The notes beneath the pieces were generated by a model. That model made no database searches and was not told where the DNA came from. It worked only from the letters and a program-made list of their open reading frames with translations. A program made the position numbers and the translations under genes. Shown piece after piece: positions 1 to 13,244 of a stretch of DNA of 64,000 nucleotides; position 1 is the first letter of the stretch; each line of letters opens with the position of its first letter. This stretch comes from Octopus bimaculoides (taxonomy: Eukaryota), in the NCBI RefSeq assembly GCF_001194135.2, contig NC_068986.1, positions 95,424,435-95,488,434 on the forward strand, written 5' to 3'.

Positions 1-266
1 AATGAGATAAAAAAAAAACCAAGGCTGTGTATATTTTAGAACATTTATAAATAGAAGGTCTTACAGCTGTTTCCAGCTCATTACGAAAAGTAAATCCTTA
101 TGTACACACGTTGATATACGACCTACGTTGGACCCCTTATTTGCATAATCACCGAACCTGGAGCTTAACTATTGTCTATCTATAGCACTTACTTAGCATT
201 ACCTGAAACCTCTGGGTCTAATCGACACCGTTACTGCTTGTAACCTCTCTCTATCTCTCTCTCTCT

Positions 267-306
<40 letters not shown>

Positions 307-350
307 NNNNNNNNNNNNNNNNNNNNNNNNNNNNNNNNNNNNNNNNNNNN

Positions 351-833
351 AAGAAGAAAATGGAGAAATAATGGCTGTATGAATAATCTATTTGTATGTT
401 ATAAAATGATGAAAATTTGTTTTAAAAGACTTAACAGTACAAATAACAATACTCTAACAATAAAATAACGGAACCTGAATATATGTTTCAGTCCTATCAC
501 TGAGTTGATGAGAATTTCCAAGCAATTGGTTAAATGCTAAGAAAAGTATCATGTTCTAACTATACGGTGGTAGGACTTCTTCAGGGTCAATTCAGAGCTC
601 ATGGAACATAGTTAATCATTTTTCTGTTAAAGGATGCATACAGTGTATTAGCGGATTAAAAAAGTTGAAAGCTATATATAGTACATATATGTCGGTTCCT
701 TCATTCTATTGTAAGAGTTTTACAACTTGTAATCAATTTGTGTGTCCTGTTAAGTATTTTAAAACAAATTTTCACTATTTTATAACATACAGATAAAGTA
801 CTCGTACATTCCTTATTTCTCCATTTTCTTCTT
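351..833. mobile_element. Fold-back (inverted) repeat element, probable Penelope-type pseudo-LTR remnant
   Basis: 351-371 AAGAAGAAAATGGAGAAATAA is the exact reverse complement of 813-833. Imperfect complementarity continues inward (arms about 351-486 and 684-833). It encloses a hammerhead-like core. Confidence 0.6.
472..588 (-). ncRNA. Degenerate type I hammerhead ribozyme with 74-nt loop II
   Basis: Minus strand: GACC-CUGAAGA-AGUCCUA-(74 nt)-UAGGACU-GAAAC-AUAU. The NUH triplet is mutated here, but the inverted-arm copy at 683-697 retains ACAUAUAUGUC-GGUU. Confidence 0.45.
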
Positions 834-1009
834 TTTTTTTCTCCCTCAATATTGATAATATATATAACTTCAATAATCGCTAAGATATACCAATGACTTT
901 CGCATTATATGATAGGGATTAGTCAGTAAAATATCTTGGATTATTTAATCCCTAATGAGGATATAACATCCTCGAATTAATTATATATATATATATATAT
1001 ACATACATA

Positions 1010-1205
1010 CAGTAATCTTTCGCCATATCGCGGTTCACCTATTGCGCACTCAGTACATCGCGATTTTCCTGGCTAATATATGGTAAGTTATATCGCGGAC
1101 TTCTCAGTATATCGCGGGTTTCTGCGGCCGATAGGTATTTATAATTTTTTAGATTTAAATCATTTCTGTGGGAGAACGCAACACCCACGATAGTCGAGTG
1201 TTTAT

Positions 1206-1207
<2 letters not shown>
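1010..1207. mobile_element. pogo/Tigger-like MITE
   Basis: Starts TA|CAGTAATCTTTCGCCATATCGCGG and ends CACGATAGTCGAGTGTTTATTG (degenerate TIR); internal ATATCGCGG repeats. Confidence 0.55.
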
Positions 1208-1245
<38 letters not shown>

Positions 1246-2695
1246 TNNNNNNNNNNNNNNNNNNNNNNNNNNNNNNNNNNNNNNNNNNNNNNNNNNNNNN
1301 NNNNNNNNNNNNNNNNNNNNNNNNNNNNNNNNNNNNNNNNNNNNNNNNNNNNNNNNNNNNNNNNNNNNNNNNNNNNNNNNNNNNNNNNNNNNNNNNNNNN
1401 NNNNNNNNNNNNNNNNNNNNNNNNNNNNNNNNNNNNNNNNNNNNNNNNNNNNNNNNNNNNNNNNNNNNNNNNNNNNNNNNNNNNNNNNNNNNNNNNNNNN
1501 NNNNNNNNNNNNNNNNNNNNNNNNNNNNNNNNNNNNNNNNNNNNNNNNNNNNNNNNNNNNNNNNNNNNNNNNNNNNNNNNNNNNNNNNNNNNNNNNNNNN
1601 NNNNNNNNNNNNNNNNNNNNNNNNNNNNNNNNNNNNNNNNNNNNNNNNNNNNNNNNNNNNNNNNNNNNNNNNNNNNNNNNNNNNNNNNNNNNNNNNNNNN
1701 NNNNNNNNNNNNNNNNNNNNNNNNNNNNNNNNNNNNNNNNNNNNNNNNNNNNNNNNNNNNNNNNNNNNNNNNNNNTATATACACGCACATACATACATGC
1801 ATACATACATACATACATACATACATACATACATACATACATACATACATACATACATACATACATACATAGTTATTGGAACCGTTTTAGGTTTTTATAG
1901 AAAACCGTTTGGGAAATGTCATTTCTTTGAATGATAGATAGCATTATCAACATTATATTCGTATATTTTAGACAATTTATCTTCTTGCAATTTCTGAGTC
2001 TGTGTGCATACATCACTTATATAATTCCATTTGAATCTACCTTAGTTTATGGCAATATATATTATGTTACATTTCATACACTTATCTTCTTTCTTTTCAT
2101 TTTTGCCTGTAATCAACTTTTATATTGTGGACCTATATAGTTTATGATATAATCAAAACTGCAGTCCTCACTTTCTATTGCAGTCGACCCTTTCTGTTAT
2201 ACATTTTTCTCTCTCACTAACTCCCACTTCTGGGAATTTATAAGCAATAATTTTTAATTGTTTTCATTACGATTTTGATAATTTGTCAGATAAAACTGCA
2301 GTAAATCAAAATCTTGAACTATCCCTTAATTTTATTTAAAATATCTATATATCTTACTTGCTTTCCATGATGGAGTCGTTCGTAACTCTGTGTTTAAGCA
2401 CATCTTTGTTGTATGTGTGTGAGTGTATGCGTTGCATGTGTGTGTACGTGTGCGTGCTCATGTATAGCACTGCGTCGTGTTTTGTTCCGTTTAGTTAAAA
2501 ATGTGACTTAGCAATTCGATAAATAGATATCTGTAAAAGAAATACCATACCGAAACGAGTTTTGGGATCGATATAATTTAACTAAAACTTTTTATGGCAT
2601 GATCGCAGTCCAGTGACAAAGGAAATGAATATAGATACATGCACACGTACATGCATAGATACATACATACATACATACATACATACATACATACA

Positions 2696-2726
<31 letters not shown>

Positions 2727-3621
2727 GTGAATCGCTCAGCATACGAAAAAAAGACAGTGCATGAGTAAGTTTCCTGAAGATTTGACGACAGTAACACTGA
2801 CATGAAGCGAAGCCGCTAAATTCTTTATTATAGGCACAAGGCCTAAATACAAAGAGGACATGCATAGACATGCGGGAACAAAAAAAAACACATGAAAGAA
2901 TGCTCTTGGATTAGTGACCGCTACATCACATCACACTTCGAAGGCTATGCATCTGCAATCTAAGAACAAAAGATTGCTACTAAAATCTGTCATATAATTA
3001 AGAGTGTATGTCACTGGAAGACTCCGAAAAGGTGCGTCCTAGAGAAAAACGGATTTGATTTTCGAAATCTGCATCCCAAGGAGAAGGTTTTGGGTTATTA
3101 GTAATCAAAAGATATCATTTGCGATGAGAAATAACTCAACTTCCAGATAGCCAACATTGAATGTCTTTAAAAGGCGCCATCTTAAAGTCGTGATTACTTG
3201 AATGTTTGTACATATGTTAATGTGTTTGTATCGCGTCTTATAACTGTCTATCTACCTTTCTATCTGTCGCTCTCCGTCTTTTACACTTTCCCCTCTTTAT
3301 ATATATTTACCACACTCTCTCTCACTCTCTCTCTCTCTCTCCTTCTCCCTCTCTCCTTCTCTCTCTCCCCTTTTCTCTCTCCTTCTCCCTCTCCCCTTTT
3401 CTCTCTCCTTCTCCCTCTCCCCTTTTTTCTCTTCTTCTCTCTCCTTCTCTATCTTTATATGTATATCTATCACGCATCTACTCCCCCCTCTCTCTCTCTC
3501 TCTCTCTCGCTCTCTCTCTCTTGATATGACATGTAGTACAAATCAGTCACGAAAGACGAGCGCGTCTGTCCCTATATCTGTTTTACTCTATCTTTTACAC
3601 TTTTCTCATTGTAAACTTTAT

Positions 3622-3853
3622 TATTTCTTTATTGCCTACAAGGGGCTAAACATAGAGGGACAAGCAAAGACAGACAAAGGGATTAAGTCGATTACATCGA
3701 GCCCAGTGCGTAACTGGTACTTAATTTATCGACCCCGAAAGGACGAAAGGCAAAGTCGACCTCTGCGGAATTTGAACTCAGAACGTAGCTGCAGACGAAA
3801 TACCGCTAAGCATTTCGCCCGGCGTGCTAACGTTTCTGCCAGCCCGCCGCCTT
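3622..3853 (-). mobile_element. Full-length tRNA-derived SINE (family A)
   Basis: Head GGCGGCGGGCTGGCAGAAACGTTAGC, B-box-like GAGTTCAAATTCC, 14-bp TSD ATTGTAAACTTTAT (3608-3621 and 3854-3867); many relatives in the window. Confidence 0.9.
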
Positions 3854-4197
3854 ATTGTAAACTTTATATATTCACCACACACTCTCTCACTCTTTCTCTG
3901 TATATATATATATCACACTGAGTGTATGTATGCTTGTATGTGTGTGTGTGTGTGTGCGTGCGCGCACGTGTGTGTCAGTCTGTGTCTATGCATGTGTGTA
4001 AGGAATTTCATTAGGGTGACAGAGTCGAAAGACCCTCACAAAGTATGATTAGCGGTCTCAGAAGACACTCAGAGAAGGAATAGACTTGATATGTGAACAG
4101 AAGCCTTCGTCGCACGGTCTCAGGAGACACCCAAGCATTGGAAGCCTCGATCACATTATAAGCGCACAAGAACCTTCGTCGTATGAACTCATGGGTC

Positions 4198-4420
4198 GAT
4201 GTCCCATTTCAATTCGAACGACTTCGATTTCCACCGTGTTTTAGTTTTGCCATTGCCATCAACATATTCGCAATGGCAAACATTTTCAGGTGCTGATTTA
4301 TATCCGGAAGAGCCCTGCTTCACCCATGATCAGCTTTAAGTTGAATGTTTAAGAGTAGGAAGTAAGAAAAATCTTTACCACTATGCACCACATGGACAAA
4401 CAGAAAACATCGAGACACTA
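4198..4420 (+). pseudogene. Helitron PIF1-like helicase C-terminal fragment
   Basis: DVPFQFERLRFP..SFAIAIN (frameshift) ..EPCFTHDQL*VECLRVGSKKNL matches the Helitron helicase motifs FKRLQFP/AMTINK/FSHGQLYVA.SRV. Confidence 0.8.
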
Positions 4421-4842
4421 TAAATTACCACAAATAATGCAGAAATCCATCCTCATCAAGAGACCTATCCGTCGGGGAAAACATGGTCTGACATAGAATA
4501 AAAAGAAATTGAAATAAAGGTGTTCTATTGCGAAAATTCCCCAGCAACAATAGGCAAATCAGTTAGGACCTAATAAACAAAAGAGACAGTGAAGTCCTTT
4601 GAACTCCAAGATGCAACCGAAAATGTAGATTATGTCATATTTCTTATTTCTTTGCACCAGAAGCTTGTTAAATGCTCCAGATTACTTATGGATAAACTTT
4701 TTCGTTGAGACAAGATCAAAAGGTTCACAGAAGATAGGGAGGAAGTGAGAAACGATGAGAGGAGGTGAGAGACAATGAGAGCACGGGAGAGACAATGAGA
4801 GCAGGTGAGAGACAGTGAGAGCAGGTGAGAGACGATCAAAGG

Positions 4843-5170
4843 TGTGGGAAGGAGGGAAATGTCAGTACATCAGAGCTGGTTGAGAAAATTCGTAATTTTC
4901 TGCATGAAGACTGTCGTATGTCTATAAATACTATACGCATATAGTTTTGAATTAGTGAGGCAAATGTATACAGAATTATTTCTGAAGATCTGAACATGTG
5001 CAAAATGTGAGCAAAGTTTGTTCCCAGGGTACGCATTGATGAGCATTCTGGTAACCAACTACTTGACAGAGATGGGCATTAAAACTGTCCATCACTCTCC
5101 CTTCAGTCAAGACCTTGCTTCCTGTGATTTTTGGTTGTTCCCGAAGGCGAAGAGGTACCTCAGACGCAGC
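4843..5170 (+). pseudogene. Internally deleted mariner transposase fragment
   Basis: ELVEKIRNFLHEDCRMS...ISEDLNMCK..AKFVPR joined to HHSPFSQDLASCDFWLFPKAK (variant of the YSPDLAP.DF.LFP motif). Confidence 0.8.
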
Positions 5171-6307
5171 GATGGGGGAGCGATGGAGTTTGTCTTTTTC
5201 GTTCAAAGCGTATGGCACCAATGTACCGATTTTTTTTTTTAATCATATCCATTGAATGAGTGCTACGAGCGATGGTATCGCCAATCCCCAACTGGATTGG
5301 CGCGGATCCTCGTGAATGTACAATCGATCCTCATTGAACTGAAGAGATCGGCCGGAACGCAGAGAGCTTGTGAGGTCGAATTTCCACTAATTGAAGCGTG
5401 AAATCCATTTAAGTGCAGTTCTTTCAGTAACAGCGAGTTCTCCTTACATAACACAAGTGTTTCGAGCGTTTTTTTTTTTGGCAACTTTGGAAGCTTGATT
5501 AAAAGCAAGGAGAAAGAGGTGTTGAAAATACTCGTATTTTTTCTAATTGGCACTTTATCGTCATACCCTAAAGGAGAAAAAAATTTATTCAGATTTCGAA
5601 AACGACAGAGAAAAATTGTAGAAGAAGGACAGAGCTACAAAAAAATTCATTAAATACTACGATAAAAATACTTTCGTGTTATTTGAAATAACATCAGGAA
5701 AAACTGAACGAATTTATCCGACACCCAACACATTACACACACACACACACACACACACACGCACGAACGAACGAACACACGTACGTACGTATGTATATAT
5801 GCATGTATGCATGTATGTATGTATGTATGTATGTGTGTGTGTGTGTGTGTATGTCTGTCTGTCTGTCTGTCTGTATGTATGTATTATGTATGTATGTATG
5901 TATGTGAAATATAATACAGCATAAATTTTTGATTTATTGAAATTAAATCCGCTTCCAGAGAATGTAAAATCCATCGTCTGATGGTTACTGGAATCATGTC
6001 CAAATAAGAAGTAAACTCAAGAATCAATAATTCTCCAAATCTGACATGCCATTAAAGAAAAGTTTGATTGTCTGGAGACATTAGGACAGCTATCGACGTA
6101 TGTTTCTGCTACAATATGTGGCAGGGTCTGTATGTATGCATATATGTATGTACATCCACATACATACATACATACATACATACATACATACATACATACA
6201 TACATACATACATACGTACGTACGTACGTACGTACGTACGTAAATACATATGTAGATAGATAAATAATAGTAGATAGACAAACAGAGAAACAGACAGATA
6301 ATCGATC

Positions 6308-6350
<43 letters not shown>

Positions 6351-6421
6351 CATAGATATGCGTGTGTTTGTATGTACCTGAGAATAAATGATGTTTTATG
6401 TGCGGGTGCTTGAGTGAAAGT

Positions 6422-6469
<48 letters not shown>

Positions 6470-6706
6470 GAGATAGAGTGAGAGAGGGAGGAGAGAGAGA
6501 GAAGGGGAGAGAGGGAGAGAGAGAGAAAAATTGATCGAAAGAAAAGGAGAGATTGTGAGGTATTTGCCACGTTGACGAAAACTTCCGCTTCCGAATACAG
6601 TAGCTGACCCAAGTGAACTTGCAATGAGAAGGTGTGGAGAGATACTGCACAATAACTTAGTGATGACGGTAACGACTTAGTCGATGATGATGATGATGAT
6701 GATGAC

Positions 6707-6748
<42 letters not shown>

Positions 6749-6865
6749 ATTGGTGATAGTGCTGATGGTGTTGATGGTGGTGACAGGTAGATATACATAG
6801 CTAAATACATGTATACTTACAAATGCGTATAAAATCTCTGTGTGTATGTGTGCGTGTGTGTGTGT

Positions 6866-6944
<79 letters not shown>

Positions 6945-7182
6945 AATGATGGTAGATAGGTCAATCAAGTGAAGTCGGCGGCCATCTTACCATGCAGGCT
7001 AGCTGTGTAGGTATAAATAATGTTGTTATATACACCATTACACATACACAAATAAACATACACTACTACATACACACACACACAACTGTGCATACAGTAT
7101 ACAACATATACGCCATTGCACATACGAGTAAAGACTCTTCCTTGGATATTCAGTATCAAACACATGACTATGTAAACACCAC

Positions 7183-7242
<60 letters not shown>

Positions 7243-7436
7243 TACAAGTGCAGCTACATACATACTACAACACACGCTACTACATACAGTATTACTACAT
7301 ATACACAAGTATATCACTATACTACGAGCCAATGAGAAAGTTTGTACGTGGTAGTTTGACCTGCTGCAAATAACAGCAAAATCTTCAACTCACTCCTTAT
7401 TGTAGGTATGGACAATTTTTATCGAGAAGCGGGCCA

Positions 7437-8010
7437 CATGAGACATGGTCCATCGTCTTGCCACATGAAACATGGTTCATCGTTAGACTGTATGAGACAT
7501 GGTTCATCGTTAGGTCGCATGAAACATGGTTCATCGTTAGACTGTATGAGACATGGTTCATCGATAGGTCGCATGAAACATGGTTCATCGTTAGACTGTA
7601 TGAGACATGGTTCATCGTTAGGTCGCATGAAATATGGTTCATCGTTAGGCTGCATGAGACATGGTTCATCGTTAGGTCGCATGAAATATGGTTCATCGTT
7701 AGACTGTATGAGACATGGTTCATCGTTAGGTCGCATGAAACATGGTTCATCGTTAGGCTGCATGAGACATGGTTCATCGATAGGTCGCATGAAATATGGT
7801 TCATCGTTAGGCTGCATGAGACATGGTTCATCGTTAGGTCGCATGAAATATGGTTCATCGTTAGGCTGCATGAGACATGGTNNNNNNNNNNGACATGGTT
7901 CATCGATAGGTCGCATGAAATATGGTTCATCGTTAGGCTGCATGAGACATGGTTCATCGTTAGGTCGCATGAAATATGGTTCATCGTTAGGCTGCATGAG
8001 ACATGGTTCA
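7437..8010. repeat. 27-bp minisatellite with 54-bp higher-order dimer
   Basis: Alternating CATGGTTCATCGTTAG-ACTGTATGAGA and CATGGTTCATCGTTAG-GTCGCATGAAA units; 10-N gap at 7882-7891. Confidence 0.95.
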
Positions 8011-9078
8011 TTGTTCATGTACCTAGACGGGTCGCACAAGTAAAAGAAATTGTTTTTGTTAGACGTACCACAAAGAAAATTTCGCGGGTTGCAGTTTGCT
8101 CATGATTGCCTTACAATCTTGAAAAAAAAGAAACTGATATATTGAGCAATGTATTCTTCACTATTAAAAATGATTGTGTGGCCATTGTTGGAATCCCTTC
8201 CAATGAAAGATGAAACAACAACAACAACAGGTACCACTACACAAGTATGTACACCCCCAAAATATCCAGCTATACATACAACACCATAACAGACCCAATA
8301 ATATTTACATCACTACACAACACTACATACCCTACATAATCCTCATATCGGCTGAAGGTACTGGGAAATGGATGCTTGTAGCGAATAGTTAAATTAGGTA
8401 CACATGTACTATTAGTGTACTTAGATGATAAGGGTGTGTACGTGTGGCTGCGTACGATCAGTCTGGATTTAGCTTGCCTGCTAAAATGGTCGCTGCTTCG
8501 CTCCAGTGCTTACTTCGATTTGAACGGTCTATTACAAGTTGCTTGTCTTAAAAAAGCTCTACCATCTTTCACACACACACACAAGCACACACACGCACTG
8601 ACGCAAGCACGCACGCGCGCACACACATACACGCATGCATGCATACATACATACATATCCATTTGGCTGTTGATGAAAGCACATGTTTGATGTGTTTGTT
8701 GTTTGTGAATCTTTTCAATCTTGATTTCTCGTTGTTTTTAGTTGTCCTTCAATCATAAATCAAGTTACTAAGGAATCTTTGACAAGTTTGTCAAAAATAT
8801 CTTAGTTTCTTGGTTTATGGTCAGTTTTGTTTTTCTTTTAAATTATGCTTTACATTGATATTGCGTGATTGTCCTTCATTGGGATTCTAACATGTCAAGG
8901 AAAATATTTATTAGGTTAGGTTTTGTTGCATATACGGACATGTGTTTGTGCGTGTGTATATGTATATATATTTGTGTGTATGCGTACGTGCGCGTATGTG
9001 CATATTTATTTGTTCTCTGTGTGTGCGTATGTTAGTCTGTTTTATTTCAAGATTTCTTGCCAATAGAGAAGAGCCGGT

Positions 9079-9576
9079 GGATCTTTTTTAAAACGGGGGC
9101 CACATTTTTCATTAACGAAACACTTTGAAACTTGGAACACTGGTAGAATGTGTCATATAAAACATCTTTTTCTCTTAGTCTTCTTAAAAAAAAAAGAAAT
9201 CCATAAATTATTCCATGTTAAAGTTGTCGTATTTCTAGGGTTAGGGTTAGGGTTAGGGTTAGGGTTAGAGTTAGGGTTAGGGTTAAAGCAAATTTAAAAT
9301 GAAAAAAGCAAATAAAACGATGGTATGGAGATTAAATACGCTTTACATCGTTTAATGAGCCAAAGGAGTAAATGTAAACAACTGAATACTTGTCAGTGAT
9401 TGGTTGAAATTATCGAAATAAGACAATTTTTTACATGAAATAAATTCGGATACAAAAATATTTTTCTGTTCTATAACACAAAATAGATAAGTATACGAAG
9501 TTTGAAAGTCTTTCGGTACCAAAAACACTACGTAAAACATTAATGAAAAATGTGGCCCCCGTTTTAAAAAAGATCC
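9079..9576. mobile_element. Non-autonomous TIR element (Merlin-like MITE)
   Basis: Perfect 37-bp TIRs GGATCTTTTTTAAAACGGGGGCCACATTTTTCATTAA (9079-9115 and 9540-9576); 8-bp TSD GAGCCGGT (9071-9078 and 9577-9584). The superfamily call rests on GG termini plus the 8-bp TSD. Confidence 0.85.
9235..9285 (+). repeat. Interstitial telomeric-type tract
   Basis: CTAGGG(TTAGGG)4 TTAGAG (TTAGGG)2 TTA, inside the MITE. Confidence 0.95.
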
Positions 9577-10188
9577 GAGCCGGTTTCCATCCCAGTTTCA
9601 AGACTCCTTTATTGGAATTTAAGCAGCATCAACAGGATACTTGTGCATGTTTGTAGTCAGTGCATGTACAGACTTGTATGTTTTGTTTTATGTATGTATT
9701 CTCGCGCATATAGTTGCATGTATGGACATGCGCATATATACTTAAATCCTAAATTTCTGGAAAGTGATGTATGTATGTATGTATGTATGTATATGAAATG
9801 GTTCTCCGTCATAAATTCCGAACGTGAGTGTTCAGTCATTCGATCAGGTGAACAACTAAGCTGGCGTGTGTGGAAGTAAAGCTTTACGGCAGAGATACAA
9901 GATTTCACTGGAACAGGGAAGAATATAGATGTTGCACGGACAGTGGCCGAACCAAAAGAGAAAGGTCAGGGTTGGCCGAACACCGATCACGTGGGGAGAG
10001 AAGAGAGAGAGGTAGAGGCAGAGGGACAGAAGAAATAAAGTGGGGCGAGAAAAAATGACAGGGACACAGTGAAGTGAAAAGAGGAGGAAAAGAGGGCATG
10101 AAGAGAAGGCAATGAAATGTGAGAGAGGGGGAACGAAAGAACGAAGAGTGGAATGATACAGGTGTGTGTAGACAGACAGGCGGTTAGG

Positions 10189-10230
<42 letters not shown>

Positions 10231-10240
10231 NNNNNNNNNN

Positions 10241-10284
<44 letters not shown>

Positions 10285-10543
10285 CTTATAAGCTGTATCT
10301 ACCAACACGCGCACCACGGTATGTTCGTTCCGGGGAAAATATGTCACAAATCTGCACGTTCCTGCAGAACAAATATTTATCTGAAAAGTGACCAGCGAGC
10401 ACATGATTGTGTAATGTTCAATGAAGAGATAGCATTCTTCTGGCAAAAAGTAGCAATCACCATGTATGTATGTATGCACGCACACACACACACTTATATA
10501 AAATATATGTACATATACACACACACACATATATATATATATA

Positions 10544-10618
<75 letters not shown>

Positions 10619-10898
10619 CGTGCGTGTGGTTACACGAACAAACGTCAAAATGGAGACTAAAGTTCAACAGCGGCTGAGGAGGTGAATAGCCGCCGAAATA
10701 TCCAAAAGTCTCACGAGATAACTTGTGATACAAGTTTTCCTTGTGTGATAAAGCTGAGCTCCAGTCTTCCCATCTATTTATTACATGTAGACAGAAAGAC
10801 ATAACGCCTTGTATTTGTTGAGTTGTTGTGCACTCTTAGTGATTAAATGACTCGCTTAGATGAACTGTAAAATTGCATTGCAGAACTTCATACACGCT

Positions 10899-10976
<78 letters not shown>

Positions 10977-11673
10977 TATATACATGCATACAAATCTATA
11001 AATACATATATCAGTATGTATTCGTATATATATAGATAGATAGATAGATATACGTATGTATGTATGTATGTGTCCATATATATGCGTGTTTGTGTGTGTG
11101 TTAAATTAATACATTACATTATACACACGTAATAGCCATTAATATTGGAACATTAGTGAGTATATTGCAAGTTCTGATCGCTGTGATGGAATTAGTATTG
11201 TAATTACAATTATAAGTAGTAGTATAAAAGTAGTAGTAGTAGTAGCAGCAGCAGCACCACCACCAGCAGCAGCAGCAGGAGAAAGAGATGATGAGGGGGA
11301 GGGGTTATAATATTGATGGTAGTAGTGGTAGCCGCAGTGGCTACGTTGCTGGTGTTCGTAAATTCTCTTTTTATTTTCCGTCCCCAAGTTTTTACCGATT
11401 GGGAAATCTTATCAAAGGCCTTCTAACCATGACCATATCCAGACAGAGCGCGTCTATGACTACTTTAGCCCATATTTTCTCTTTAAAAATGTAAAATTTA
11501 GTTTTAAAGAAGGATTTGTTTGCTATTTCTAGCACCCGACTCTCTCTGTGACTTGCATTGTTGTTTTCCCTGCTACCGTTATATTTAGCCTTAGGTCAAC
11601 CTTATGGTCAAAAGCACTTTGCATTTGACCATCCTGTCTTATATTCTAGAACTACATTACCTAATGTGTCCTA

Positions 11674-11850
11674 GTGAACTGGCAGAATCGTTAGCACGCC
11701 GGGCGAAATACCTAGCAGCGCTTCGTCCGTCTTTATGTTAAGAGTTCAAATTCCACTGAGGTCAACTTTGCTTTTCCTCCTTGGGTCGATGTAACCGACT
11801 ATCCCTATCCCTCAAAATTTCAGGCATTGTGCCTATACTAGAAAGGATTA
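11674..11850 (+). mobile_element. SINE family A, degenerate
   Basis: GAACTGGCAGAATCGTTAGCACGCCGGGCGAAAT...GAGTTCAAATTCC, homologous to 3622-3853. Confidence 0.8.
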
Positions 11851-12073
11851 TCTCATGTGTCCTTTTTAAAAAGAAAAGGTTGTGCAGTATAATCTGAGAA
11901 ACATTTGGCTGTTTCTTCTAGCAGGTCGAACCACCACAGTAGATTCTTCGTTAATTTAAATTAATGTGGTTTGTTTTGGTAGTAGATGTTGTTATTGACA
12001 GTACAACCAAATGCAACGAACTGGTAGAATTGTTAGAACACAGTTCAAATCCTGCTGAAGTTATCTTGGCTTT

Positions 12074-12332
12074 CTATTCTTCTCAACCATTTTTTACCAG
12101 TGGACCTTTTTCATTCCGATTTTACTTGGGTGGACCTTAACAGCCATTCGATGTTTTAAAAAAATCCAATTATATTTTTACAATTAAATATCATTAGGAA
12201 TTGTATTTTTTTTTTTAATGTTTTAATATTTTGTGTAATGTAGAAGTATAATAAATTTATTGCAGATAAATTTTAACAACAAAATCTTGTGGACCCTTAA
12301 TGGCCTTAAGGACCCCCGGTTGAGAATCACTG
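12074..12332. mobile_element. hAT-like MITE
   Basis: Left TTCTCAACC...CAGTGGACC and right GGACCCCCGGTTGAGAATCACTG; left terminus decayed. Confidence 0.55.
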
Positions 12333-12406
12333 TAGAATTTGTAAGGACGCTCAAATTTCTAGAAAAAAAACAGAGAAATCGCCGTCACATCACACTTTAC
12401 AACTAT

Positions 12407-12453
<47 letters not shown>

Positions 12454-12634
12454 TTACTACTACTACTACCAATACCACCAGAATCACCACTACTACTATT
12501 ACTCCTACAACCACTACTACAACAACAACAACCATATTACTACTACTACTACTACTACTGCTACTACTACTACTACAACCACCATACTACTACGACAATC
12601 ACTATACTAATACCACCATACTACTATTACTACC

Positions 12635-12806
12635 CAGGGCCGTCTTAACAGCTTTGTAGCCCCCCCCCCCGGATAAAGCAAGGCACTGTGCCCCATGGTG
12701 GTTTTGTTGGCAGCAAGTCACAATATACATAGATCAGAATTGGATCCCTGGACCCGTGAGGTTCCTGGGCTACTGCTCAGTGAGCCCGTGCCTTAAGAAA
12801 GCCCTG
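12635..12806. mobile_element. hAT-like MITE in a (TAC)n tract
   Basis: TIR CAGGGCCGTCTTAA / TTAAGAAAGCCCTG; flanks TTACTACC and CTACTACT resemble an 8-bp TSD. Confidence 0.65.
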
Positions 12807-12965
12807 CTACTACTGCCAACATCCTTGACACTAGTACTACCACTACGGCTACTACAATCAGTTATCTCTTTTATCACTATTGTTGCAGCATCACATCTTT
12901 CGTCCAACTGTACTAAGAAAGATGTATGTTTGTGTGGGTGGTCAGTATGTGTGCGTGCGTGCGTG

Positions 12966-13043
<78 letters not shown>

Positions 13044-13202
13044 GAAATTTATAAGTTTATCAGTTGATGATTGTGGATACAAATGTGCGAGATGACTGAA
13101 CGAGAATGAATATATATGTGTGTGGGTGTTGATGAATGTAGATATATATATACGCGTGGGTGAGGATACATATGTGGGCGTCTGCATTGATAGGGATGCG
13201 TG

Positions 13203-13244
<42 letters not shown>

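Larger units (their letters stand above)
9033..9765 (-). mobile_element. 3' UTR fragment of the R4/Dong-like LINE, interrupted by a MITE
   Basis: Reverse-complement similarity to 41275-41562 (e.g. TTTATTTCAA.ATTTCTTGCCAATAGAGA; GAGC.GGTTTC); bordered by GTATGT and (ATGT)n. Confidence 0.65.

Noticed and set aside
1039-1900. Long ORFs of 220-430 aa in the ORF track (also at 14719-17097, 28047-28808, 45661-46335, 53033-53693)
   Set aside because: They are read-through of N gaps and of dinucleotide or tetranucleotide repeats; no real protein content.
7437-8010. CRISPR-like regular array
   Set aside because: No unique spacers, eukaryotic context and no cas genes; it is a minisatellite.
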